Below are positions 12,593 to 23,104 of a stretch of DNA of 37,615 nucleotides, in pieces (positions within the stretch are counted from its first letter, which is position 1; each line of letters starts with the position of its first letter). The translations under genes were made by a program, and so were the position numbers. Below the pieces are notes generated by a model, which worked only from the letters and a program-made list of their open reading frames with translations, did not search any database and was not told the DNA's origin. This stretch comes from Bigelowiella natans CCMP2755 (Eukaryota > Protista > Cercozoa): positions 1 to 37,615 of the forward strand of contig ADNK01001821.1 in the NCBI GenBank assembly GCA_000320545.1, written 5' to 3'.

Positions 12593-13304
12593 TTATTGTC
12601 CACCGGCTTGCTGAGTTTTTAATTTTGCATTCACTGCATCTTGTTGAGCCTTCATCATCACCTTCTGCATTCCTTGTATCTGATTGATAAACGTATGTCG
12701 TGTGTGTGCATATGTGTATAAGTTCAACAAATCAGCAAATAATACCTTCGTGCGTATTTCTATTTGATCCTTTCCATAATCCATGGTTTGCGCCTCAATT
12801 TGTTTACTTTCAAATCCATTATACATTACATTTAGGCTGGAACAACATTGATTTGGTCAATATTCATTACATTTGTTTCTTCATAAAGCTGATACGATTA
12901 TGGACATCTCGCTTTGCAACATCCAATTCCTGCAGTACTAATACGGGCCCCATAAGCTTGTACACTTTATCGTCTTCGGAGAGCATCTCCAGCTCCTGCG
13001 AAACACAATCAGTTCAGGTATCCAAATTCGAAGCTTTTTATACTTTTTTCATCGAATAAAGAAAACCTTGATGACTCCCTCGTTTTCTGCCAACTGTGTC
13101 ATGTATGCATTGCGCGGTTCTGCTAGCTTCTGGATCTTTTGGTTGACTGTTTGCAGTTTTTTGACCTCTTCCTGCAGAATTTTCTGCATTTTGAGCGCTG
13201 AGATACGTATGAGGATGTGTAAGGATTTAAGTGTACCTAGCTCCCATTTAGGAATAGGGTGTCAAACTGAAGTAAATATTCGTTTTACCTTCATTTCTGT
13301 CCAT
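12593..13304 (-). CDS. PFDN6: Prefoldin subunit 6 (beta-type, KE2/Gim1)
   Basis: MDRNE|ALKMQKILQEEVKKLQTVNQKIQKLAEPRNAYMTQLAENEGVIK|ELEMLSEDDKVYKLMGPVLVLQELDVAKRDVHNRISF ... IQGMQKVMMKAQQDAVNAKLKTQQAGGQ*. QLxENxxVxxEL and VYKLxGPVLV are prefoldin-6 hallmarks. Confidence 0.93.
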
Positions 13305-13747
13305 GTTTAAGCAATTCCCTGAAACAAATGAAATAAACTTATTCCCAAGGGAACAAATGCGCAACGGGTTTTTCGACAGTCGTGGCTCCAAGTGCCTTCT
13401 CTATCTTCTCCCAAGAAAAAATAGGATTTGGATTCACGATTATTTATATCGATTAAAGTAGCGGGGTGGGGGAGGGGGAAGGCGGAAGACGAGAGGCGAA
13501 CGGGGAAGAGGTCGCACCTGCACAAGGACTGTTTTTGCTTTGCGAGAAATTTTTGCAAATCGATTCAACTTTGATCCGGGAAACCAACAAAATCGCATCC
13601 ATTTCAAATACGCGACTTGGCAATGTGTGTCAGTTTGGGTTATTGCCAATCTCCCCGTCGTCCGTGTTATAAAATCAAAATTCATGCGATTTATTTCTGA
13701 ACGTAACAAGCTCACCACACTTGATGATGAAGTCAATTTATTATTAC

Positions 13748-13864
13748 GATTTCCATGAAATTTCTGTGATTTCAGGATTTCCAGGCATTTCCATTATTTG
13801 CTGCCATTGTTTCCCAGAATTATTAATTATTTCCTGTGATTATTTCCAGCCGGGATAATTTCCA
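13748..13864 (+). promoter_or_regulatory. Strand-biased array of ATTTC(C) motifs in the PFDN6/helicase head-to-head spacer
   Basis: ATTT starts at 13749, 13760, 13769, 13777, 13787 and 13796, then further ATTTCC copies at 13829, 13842 and 13858. Regulatory role is inferred from position only. Confidence 0.35.
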
Positions 13865-14101
13865 AGAGTTATTATTATTAAATCTATCAGTTAATTGTGA
13901 TGATTCCTTTGATTATTTTGTTGATTAATTTGTTTTTAATTATACATAGGTCTATAGGAAAATACACCTATTTATTTTTCTCTTACATGTACTGAACCAA
14001 AAATCCACACAATCCAACTCATTCACACCCCCCCCCCTTGCTCCAGCTGGATTGAACGTCCAAATACGCAGTAGTGGCCAAGAAATTCCAGCATTGCTTA
14101 T

Positions 14102-15637
14102 ATGGTGCAAGGATCTCGTAGAATTGCATCCCACCTCACTTGCGCTGTTATTGCAATGCTTGGCTTTTCCAGTAGGGTACTTTCTTCGGTGGTTGGAGCA
14201 CAAAGACCACGATTCTTGAAATTGAAAGGATTGACGACACGGGCGAGAACCAATGTTATGCGGGGATTTAGTAAGAATGATCAACTACAGGGGACGAGGA
14301 ATCGATACATTTCGATACTAAATAGGCAGAGCTCCTCCGAGATGACCGGCATGGAAGATGAAATCAGGAAATCCACATGGCAAGATCTTGGTGTGGAATG
14401 CAAGCATTTAGTAGAAGCTCTCGAAACACGCTTGGACATTACTTTTCCAAATTCCCTACAAACTAAATCGACTAAGTGCATTCTTCATGGGAATGATGTT
14501 ATTCTCTCCTCATACACTGGCTCGGGTAAAACTTTGGCAGGGCTACTGCCCTTGCTGGAACGGCTCCTCAAAACACAGGACGACGACACCACTAATGATA
14601 GATCTTTAGGGCCTTGCCGACCAATTTTGCTTGTTGTCACACCGACGCGTGAATTGAGTCTACAGATACTGCGTGTATTGGAAGATCTACTCAGTTTCTC
14701 TACCCAACTGGTGTCAGTCACAGAGGATGAGTTCATGCAATCTAACAGCAAGAACAACTTGGATCTTCTCCATGCTCGGAAACAGCCTAATATAGTCGTT
14801 TCTACCCCAAAGGAACTGCTCCTAATGCTGAATCAGGATGCTGTATCGCTCGATCGATTACAGTATCTAATGATTGATGAGGTAGATCTTGTAGTCGACA
14901 CCGATAAGGCGCGATTGAATCGCCTTATTGAACAGTTTCCTTCGCATTCGGTGCAGAAAGTACTTGCTTCTGCCTCTGCATTGGCCCATCCAGAGATGAA
15001 GAGACTCGTCCCAAGGCTACTTGCAAAAGAACACATGATTATTACTTCTCCAGACACTCCACTTGGTGAAGGTTCCGATGGCATGTCTCTACCCCCAACA
15101 TTAAAGCATACCAAACTGGAGATCAGAGATGAAAAAAAGGGCAACGATTGGGCAACATCAGTAAAAAATCCCGACTCAGCATTCTTGCTGAAGTTTCAAG
15201 CTCTGTTGAAGATTCTTCGTGCCCGCCCCGAGGGAGAAAGTACACTAGTGTTTGTCAACAAAAAATCATCTGCTACACGCCAACTTCTAGAGGAATTGAG
15301 GCGTTCAGGAGTAGAGGCAGAACTCTTAAGTGGTACTCGTCGTATTCAACGGCGCAATATTGTGACATGGCAGTTAATGGAAGGAGAAGGAAAGGTAGTC
15401 GTAGCAACCGATGAAGTAGCAGCACGTGGTCTCGACTACGAATCAGTAACGATGGTTATTAATTTTGACTTACCCTACAGTCGCAAAAACTATTTGCATA
15501 GAGCGGGACGTGCTGGTAGAGCTGGTCGTACTGGTATGGTCATATCAATGGTATCAAATGCCAAAGAATTAAAATATTTGGATGAAAAACTTGTTGGGAG
15601 TTTTGGAGCTCAGGCTCTTGACGAAGTAGAAATGTAG
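14102..15637 (+). CDS. Intronless DEAD-box RNA helicase (DEVD/SAS variant) with a bipartite-type N-terminal leader; plant plastid RH47/RH58-like
   Basis: 511-aa ORF with Q-motif region (WQDLGV...FPNSLQ), TGSGKT, PTREL, DEVD, ASAS, LVFVN, AARGLD and YLHRAGRAGRAG. The first ~59 aa contain a hydrophobic stretch followed by an R/S/T-rich segment and no acidic residues. Confidence 0.95.
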   Translation: MVQGSRRIASHLTCAVIAMLGFSSRVLSSVVGAQRPRFLKLKGLTTRARTNVMRGFSKNDQLQGTRNRYISILNRQSSSEMTGMEDEIRKSTWQDLGVECKHLVEALETRLDITFPNSLQTKSTKCILHGNDVILSSYTGSGKTLAGLLPLLERLLKTQDDDTTNDRSLGPCRPILLVVTPTRELSLQILRVLEDLLSFSTQLVSVTEDEFMQSNSKNNLDLLHARKQPNIVVSTPKELLLMLNQDAVSLDRLQYLMIDEVDLVVDTDKARLNRLIEQFPSHSVQKVLASASALAHPEMKRLVPRLLAKEHMIITSPDTPLGEGSDGMSLPPTLKHTKLEIRDEKKGNDWATSVKNPDSAFLLKFQALLKILRARPEGESTLVFVNKKSSATRQLLEELRRSGVEAELLSGTRRIQRRNIVTWQLMEGEGKVVVATDEVAARGLDYESVTMVINFDLPYSRKNYLHRAGRAGRAGRTGMVISMVSNAKELKYLDEKLVGSFGAQALDEVEM

Positions 15638-15719
15638 ATAATATAAGGCATGTATTAGAAAGACAAATGAAATGTAGATAGTTTGGCATTCAAAGCAGTG
15701 CAATTGAAATAAAGTGCCC

Positions 15720-16390
15720 TCATTTGCATGAAACAGATAGATATCAACATGAAATGGGTTACATCGTCTTCGTTTAATGTACACGACAGCATATCCATGA
15801 GACACAAGCGCATGTTGCAATATATAAGGTGTATGCAGCACTATAAGGTGTATGCAGCACTATTATTACATATTGCAAACACAATGTACACTCGCAGAGC
15901 ACATTTGGGCTACTAGGCTAGCATGTCTATGTTGACGTGTGCCTCTGCTAGTTTAGTTCCCATGCGTGCGTATTCGTAAAGTACGCATCGTGTCTGCTAC
16001 AGGTGCACGAATAATTGTCGCATCGATGCACCAATGACATGTAGCATGCTATATATAATGCACACAAATGAGCGAAATTGTTTCGCATCATCATAATTAT
16101 GCATGATTTAGCATGGCATTACATATAGTGTGCAAATAGTATCGGTCGACATCGCGCACCCATAAATATACACGGACTCACAGGTACTTCTTATTCTCAT
16201 TCTTTGCGAGTATCGCAACCGGCTAGTTCTGGAAGTTGCGGACGAATTGTGAGTGTAAGTGAGTGAGCACAGCATTTTTCCACACAGATCGGAGACAACA
16301 ACGCTGAAGGGCCCATGTCTCGATGTACGGTTGTACAATTATTTGATTCATCGCAGCATGTACAATAGTTCGCGGTGTCGTGAAGCTTTG
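15720..16390. other. Palindrome-dense RY-alternating block 3 (between convergent helicase and ACAD)
   Basis: TGTACA several times, GCTAGC, GTGCAC, GCATCGATGC (16020-16029), TAGCATGCTA (16042-16051), GTCGAC, GGGCCC. Also contains a 19-bp tandem duplication at 15823-15860. Confidence 0.7.
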
Positions 16391-16401
16391 AGTTGTATTA
16401 T

Positions 16402-18256
16402 TCACATTTTGCTACGGGGGTTCCTTGTTTTGTTCCTGCGAAATCGCTGAGGACGGAAGCCGAGACCGCGACTCGCAATTTCGAGCATAACCTCATTGGC
16501 TCCTCCGTAGATCCGGGGAACTCGAGAGTCTACAAAATGACGAGCGACTGGACTATTCTTGAGATAGCCATAGCCGCCAAAGAGCTGCAAACACTGGTTT
16601 GCTGTCTTGTGCGCGAGATCGGTAGCTAGATATTTGGCTATCGACGCGCTTTCAGCCGACAGTTTACCCCGAGCCTGCTCCACAATGCACCTATCCACGA
16701 AGCTAGTGCAAGAATCGATCTCCACACGTAGTCGCGCAAGTGTCGTCTGAACGGATTGGAGACCTCCGATGCTACCGCCGAAAGCGCGCCGCCCTTGTAC
16801 GTAGTTTACAGTAAGTGCGAGCACCCGCCGAGCGGATGCAGCGCTTCCAATTGCAATGGACAATCGTTCCTTGGATAGGTTCGTCATAAGTAGCCTAACA
16901 AATATGAACATGAGGAATGGCAGGGAGTGGTGTTGTTCCAGAAAGCACATGGAGCTGATAGCGTACAATGATTATTACCTAAATCCGTCCCCACGAGACC
17001 CAATCATGTTCTCCTTGGGAACCCACACCCTGTCGAAGGTGAGGAGACAGGTATCGCTTGCATGCTTACCGATCTTGGCCACACGCTTTGCTACTTCAAA
17101 TCCTTTACGGTCTGCCTCGACGACGAATAACGAAATTCCTTTGCTACCCTTGGTCGGATCTGTCACGGCAGCGACAACCACGTAGTCGCATACGGATCCC
17201 GCAGAAATCCACATCTTCCTCCCTGTAATTTCGAATCCATCCTTGCCACCTTCACCTACTGCCTCCACAGCGCGCGTAGAGAGAGCACCTAGGTCACTCC
17301 CAACCTCTGGCTCAGACATGGCAACTGCCAGTACTCGCCCGTTCTGTGCAATGTCCGGTAGCCATCTTCGTCTCTGCTCGGGAGTTGTTAGGTATAGGAA
17401 ATAAGGTAGGACCATGTCGTTCCCTAGATTAGCAAAAAAACCGCCGACGTCCAGGGCTTCCAGCTCCTCGCACACAACAGCATTGTATCGAAAATCGGAT
17501 AGACCTGGTTGCAATTTTGGTAACGGCATAAATAAATAATCAGCACATAGGTAAAGAACAGGACAAAGATTGAACGTTTCTAGTAATATAGTTCTGCACG
17601 AGATTGCTTACGTAGGGAAACTAAACGAAACAGAGCCAAATAACTTTGGCATCGTGTTATTTTTACCATTTTCAAGGGATTTAGCAAAATTAGAAGCCTC
17701 TACAGTTTAATGAATTGTGACCAAAAATTGCACTACCTTTGCCCCCGTATTCCTTTGGAATCGTCATGCTGTAAATTCCTTCATCAGTGGCTGCCTTGTA
17801 AACTTTCTTTGGTATGCATCCAGCCCGGCAATATGTTTCGTAATCAGGGACAACGTGCTGCTGCAGGAAAGCACGTACTCTCTGTCGGTATTCTTCGTGC
17901 TTCTTCTCGAATGCAATGCGAGGCAACGAAACAACGTTTGACCCGTCTGATCTGATAACAATTTTTCCCAACGATGATTTTCCCCTGTGTTTTCTATCCT
18001 GTGCTTGCTTGTTGATTTTTCCTTCACGCATTGCTGCTGCTGTTTCAACCATTCCGATGAAACAGGAAGGTCGTAAAAATGAAGAGAGGTAGGACTCGTC
18101 GTGGATGTCAAGGAAAGCCGATGTGGCATCGTCGCCTCCATATGCTAGAATGGTCTTATATTGATGAGATCATAATTCAGTTTTCATATTTAATTTGGAG
18201 AAAAAGAAACATACACTCTCTCACAGCACAAGAGCCGCAGAATCACAGAATCACAG

Positions 18257-18309
<53 letters not shown>

Positions 18310-18662
18310 ATTCTCTTCTCTCCTTCACCTAACGAAATATCGTTCTTCCCCACCTCACACGCGCGTGCAGAATACGTGTTGAATTAAAAAATACAACCTG
18401 CTTGCCACCCGGGTGATCTGCGAGGAAGCTTGAGACGTCATACCTGGATGGAGTTAAAGATGACGAAGTCGATGCAATGACAATGACATTCGCTCCCCAA
18501 TTAAATTGTATTACACTCGCCCATTGATTATGATCCAGCAGTCATTGAGCTTGTCGTGTTTAGCCACCTGTTCGATATCAACAGTTACAATTGAAGTTGA
18601 TGGAATGGTGGTAAGTTCGGAAAGTCAGCCACCTCATCTGTGGTAATTAATCTCCCCGACAT
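16402..18662 (-). CDS. Cytochrome b5 domain-acyl-CoA dehydrogenase fusion with C-terminal PTS1-like SKM
   Basis: 5' exons splice to MSGRLITTDE|VAKHDKLNDCWIIINGR|YDVSSFLADHPGGKQ|TILAYGGDDATSAFLDIHDESYL (b5 heme motif HPGG plus second His). This runs in frame into the ACAD: AMSEPEVGSD, GRKMWISAG, KIGKHASDT, ERLSIA, CLQLFGGYG, RIYGGANEVM, ending PRSKM*. Confidence 0.92.
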
Positions 18663-18840
18663 TTTCACAATGGGTGAAACAGTATCAATACAGGATCGGA
18701 AGGCTTGCTCCGCAGGTGTATAGGATATAGGTTCTGGTGCATCTGGAGAGGAGTATGAATCTCTTGTCTTTTTTAGGTAAATTTAGGTTATAATATTATC
18801 AGCATACAGGCGTTTTTCAACTCGAATTAACATATAACAG

Positions 18841-19676
18841 TAAGTCGCATGCACCTTGCTCACCACCACTGCGTCCACAACGAGCACGGTGTCACCGAGA
18901 AAAAAATGCCAACTTCCAGGACTTCCCGTGATGTCGCTGATGTATAAATGATGGTAAAAATACCAGGAAAACATTTTTGCATGAACTCGGGACATTGTGG
19001 AGAGCCGGCGGATGGATGCTCCAATTGAGGGTAGTCGGTCATGCGAAGCCAAGGCCCCACTTCAACTAACCCATTTGAATATGCTGATAGTGGAGAACCA
19101 GCTGTCCCTGGCTATCACTTGTTCACATAGACAAATACTGCCATCGGTGAGAAGCGAGTCACTCGAGACCGTCGTTGCCCGAAATAGAGAGAACAGCGTG
19201 ATAAGATCTGAATGCAAGCTTCCCCTACTATCAAGATCTGAAAGAGTGCGAAAATATTCAGCCTCGAGGTTTATAAACACCGCTTGATCCTTTTTCATTT
19301 CATCTCATTGTGCAACGTAAATCACCAGCGGTAGGCTGTGGTCGTATACGAAGATTCCGCTGATGAATATCACGTAAATACACCATGCGTCGAAGCAAAT
19401 ATATTTTTACGTACCCTACAGGATTACTTCCAAGAATGTATACAGCTAGCTAGATTATTGCAAAATATACTACCGTTTATTGCTAGCTCTGTGGACATTT
19501 TCCCTTGAAGCTAGCTCTACGTGCCTCATATATTCCGTGATCATTTTCGATTCATGCCAGAAAACATCTTGGGTGCCAAGTATACACAGGCCTCAGAATG
19601 TCTGTCTTTCAATAGTAAGAGAATCGTAGCGTCTCCAGTGTTAGTGTGTCTAAGTTTTGCAAACACATTGTACTGA
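18841..19676 (+). CDS. Candidate small multi-exon gene of unknown function (start codon not resolved)
   Basis: A phase-consistent chain of 48-77 nt GT-AG introns (19031-19090, 19147-19196, 19269-19328, 19374-19421, 19438-19514) gives KTFLHELGTLWRAGGWMLQLR|WRTSCPWLSLVHIDKYCHR|VIRSECKLP...|GRLWSYTKIPLMNIT|ITSKN|LYVPHIFRDHFRFMP...LY*. No homology recognised and splice sites were picked by eye. Confidence 0.28.
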
Positions 19677-20030
19677 GAACGCCAGCAAGCTTGCGCGCTA
19701 GCTGTCGTGATGAGTGCAGCGCAATGTGTGGTCGTACGTGTAGCGCATGTAGCTCAGAACCGTGCATCTTGTGTTTAACATTGATCCATTCATACATAAG
19801 CATACAACATGTAACTCCGAATTGATAATTTATGTGTGATCTAGTTAGGTGATGTATGTGCGCGGCGCACCATCCATGTAGTACACTAGAACACAGAGCT
19901 ATGACTAGAATTATATAGACTATAGACACGTAATTTGTTTTTTTGCTTGCTTGTTTGAACGTAATTGCTGCTACACTGTCGTCGTATATCTAGATATACA
20001 TGCAAGGCTGATACATTTTGACATTATGTG
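19600..20030. other. Palindrome-dense RY-alternating block 4 (downstream of the RRM gene)
   Basis: AAGCTT-GCGCGC-TAGC cluster (~19687), CGTACG, ACATGT, GTGCGC-G-GCGCAC (19858-19870), perfect 16-bp GTATATCTAGATATAC (19984-19999); followed by (AT)n at 20033-20070. Confidence 0.7.
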
Positions 20031-20072
<42 letters not shown>

Positions 20073-20458
20073 ATATGTATATACATGCACACACATGTAT
20101 ATATGTATATATATAGCTACATTAGGGTGACCATTGAAAAAATTAATTTATTCATTACATCCTTCTCATATGTAATATAGGTGAGATAAATACTGAATGG
20201 CATTTGCAGAGTAAGCGGCAGCACATTTTTGTACATTATTGGGATCGGTGCTTGATATACATGAACAATCACCGGACGTGTACATTGTGTGTTGTTACGT
20301 GAAAAATCTATCAACACCTCGTACTCGTGCAGTACTATTATACTTCCATCTATTGACACGTTCCATGATTTAACGACATCTATGGTGATATTTTGATCCT
20401 TACTTGATAATCTCTAGTATATCACGTTATTTTTAGATTAACTACGATCATTAATGAT

Positions 20459-22292
20459 TCAAACCGATGCCTGGGTACACCAGATTACATAGTAGGTTGC
20501 TGCTGAGCCAATGGTCCGCTTGTTGCGACTCCTCTATGCATCTCACTCTTTGCAAACTGCACTCGAAGGGGTCGTCCATTTATCATCTGTATAAGCAAAT
20601 AATAATACCATTCATTGTTCACGTTTTAAGCAAAGTTTGTTCCTAGATACCTGTCCTTGGATGCTTTCTTTGCAAGTGGACGCACTGGTAGGATCTGAAA
20701 TAAACAATAATTGTAAATAATCCATTGAAGTGCTATCCAAACCTGAGTGATATACCTGAGAACAGGACGAATGCATGCGGAGCTCTTCCAGCCTTGTGGA
20801 CAAAACTAAGTGCCTGTGTATTCTAATGTTAATATTTACTTTTTGTTTAAGGAGCGGCCATTTCTTACCAGAAATCCAGCTTGATTCTTTAGAATATCAT
20901 GGATTTGATTCTCTACTGTTGAGTGAGAAAGTCCAGTGAGGTACAATGTGTTGATCGGAACACTAGGTCCAGTGTATCCGGACTTCATATCATAGGACCC
21001 CATCGCTGCTCCCATACCACCACCCATTGTTGGAGTGTAACGACTGAAACGAAACAACATTAGTGATCGCAAAGTAGAATCGTGGATGTTTTCGGGCAAA
21101 TTGAATCGAAAAATATCTTCGACCGAGTAGCATCTCATATGAAAGAGCGAGTGAGTAAGTGAGAAAGAAAAAACGAGAGAGGGAGGGGGGGGGGGAGACT
21201 CAGGCAACCGTACCTTTTCATCTCAGATTTTGCATATCCAACTCTTATAGGCTTTCCGTAAACAATTGCACCGTCTGTTTGGGCCTTCGCAGCTGCTGCA
21301 TACTCCACACTATGAAACTGAATCCAAGCGCATGGTAGTCTAATGAGTTAACCAAGAAGGTTCAGAAGGAGAAGGCAGTAGGAGACAGATAACTCATCTC
21401 ACTTTTGAGGCTTTGCAACGTAGTTAAGAGCGATGTAACCAGCGTGGTGAGAAAATAATCTCTTCGCGTCCTCCTCTGTTGCCCCCATTGGGAATCCAGA
21501 GGCTTTATAAAATAAATATTCAGTTTGGCAAGTAAATCGAAAACAAGCATGATGCATCGGATGTGGTAGGGACTAATAACCGTGGAGTGTATTGATTGCG
21601 CCTGGTTCATATGTGGGTTGCATATAAGGTGTTTGTGCTTGCTGTGCGTATCCTCCGTAGGGGTTCATCTGATCCTTAGGTTTGAATGTTGTCAAGGTGG
21701 GAAGTGCATGATTTCATGTTAGCGACCACCTGGTAGTAACCATACATTTGCGGCTGCGACATTCCAGCTGCAAATTTACTTAAACTCAGACAGATGGAAT
21801 TAAAAGTGGAATTAATGCTAGTTTGATTTAGTCTGTTTTACAATATTGGTTCATTTGTTGTGCGTATGGATCGTAAGCTTCTTGTTGTTGAGTGTACTGC
21901 ATCTGTTGATTAACGCGCAATGTAAATTTGTGATTCGATTGCAGACAATACGAGAAAAATCAATTAGTTTGTGTCATTGACCTGTACAGAACTGGATTGT
22001 TGCTTCATAGCACGATGCTGATTCAATGCTTGATCAAACATCTCCATGGCATGAGGTAGGGTGGGGATCTGATCTGGGTGGTAACCTCCAAAGTTCCTAC
22101 CATCGAAAGAAAATAAGTACGCTTTCTCTTTCTATTAAGAGGAATAACAAATGTAGTCCTCTATCTTAGGATATGTCCATATTCGGTTACTTACCCAACT
22201 CTCTGTTTCTTGGCCTCAGGCAGATTTGTTTGTGTTTCCTCGGGCTTCCTTTTCAATGCCCCTCCACCGCCGGCCATGTGCGTATTCATCAT
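20459..22292 (-). CDS. RNA-binding protein with a Q/Y/P-rich low-complexity N-terminus and two RRMs
   Basis: MMNTHMAGGGGALKRKPEE...KKQR (bipartite NLS-like), then Q/Y-rich exons (QMNPYGGYAQQAQTPYMQP). RRM1: INTLH|ASGFPMGATEEDAKRLF...CAWIQFHSVEYAAAAKAQTDGAIVYGKPIRVGYAKSEM. RRM2: INTLYLTGLSHSTVENQIHDIL...INGRPLRVQFAKSEM. 3' end approximate. Confidence 0.85.
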
Positions 22293-23104
22293 ATTTCCGT
22301 TCAGATTATGTACGCTTCCTTAAATCTTCGAATTCCTGGGAATGAAGGATAATTCGCAGAAAAATATGACAGAAAGACAGCATTTATGCCTTGTCGAGGG
22401 CGGATAATAGATTAGTTTCCAGAGGCTGCTTTTGAAAGCTCATGGATTGCGAAGAATAGTCATCGAAATAAAATATCGCTGAGAGAGTTGTTCGCCTGAT
22501 TTAGTTTAGTAATTTTCGGTAGATGTGGCTGTTGTTCCCTTCTAGCCCCTTCGAATATTTTCCTACTGCTGCTGCCTACTTGTGTGCATGTACGACTACC
22601 ATTTTTATCGTAATTGTGCGTTAGGATCCGACTATCCCCAAACAATCGCCTTGATTTTGAAGCATGCTGGAAATAATAGGATAAAAAATGGTATAAAATA
22701 CACTGCAAATTGTAGAAACGACATACACAAAATTGTGCTGTATGTTTACGAATCCTCTACACCACCCTACACACAACTTATATCGATCGATAGATCTACT
22801 ACATGCACACAGATTTGCAGGACGTAGTGGTGTCCCAACCCTTTTAACCCGGATAATCAGGCTTGCAAAAGGCAACGTTGGTTCTATACTTTCGTGGAGG
22901 CTCGAACTTGCAAGGAGAACTCAGCAATAGAGGTGAAAATCTGGGGAGATAGAGGAAGAAAAGCTATCTGTCCGTCTGAGAATGTTTTGCATAAATGTCA
23001 TCTACAATTTAGCTGGCCAAGATTATTCCTGGCATCCAGTTTAACTACGACCAATGAAGCGTTCAACCTTAGTGCCATGTGATGACCCACTCGCAGGGAT
23101 TACC

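Noticed and set aside
13307-13758. Overlapping 68-98 aa ORFs upstream of PFDN6
   Set aside because: No homology cues; they lie in a head-to-head promoter region.
22340-23100. Possible small gene or extra exons between the RRM gene and myotubularin
   Set aside because: Acceptor-like sites exist but I could not build a consistent reading frame; may be 5' UTR exons.
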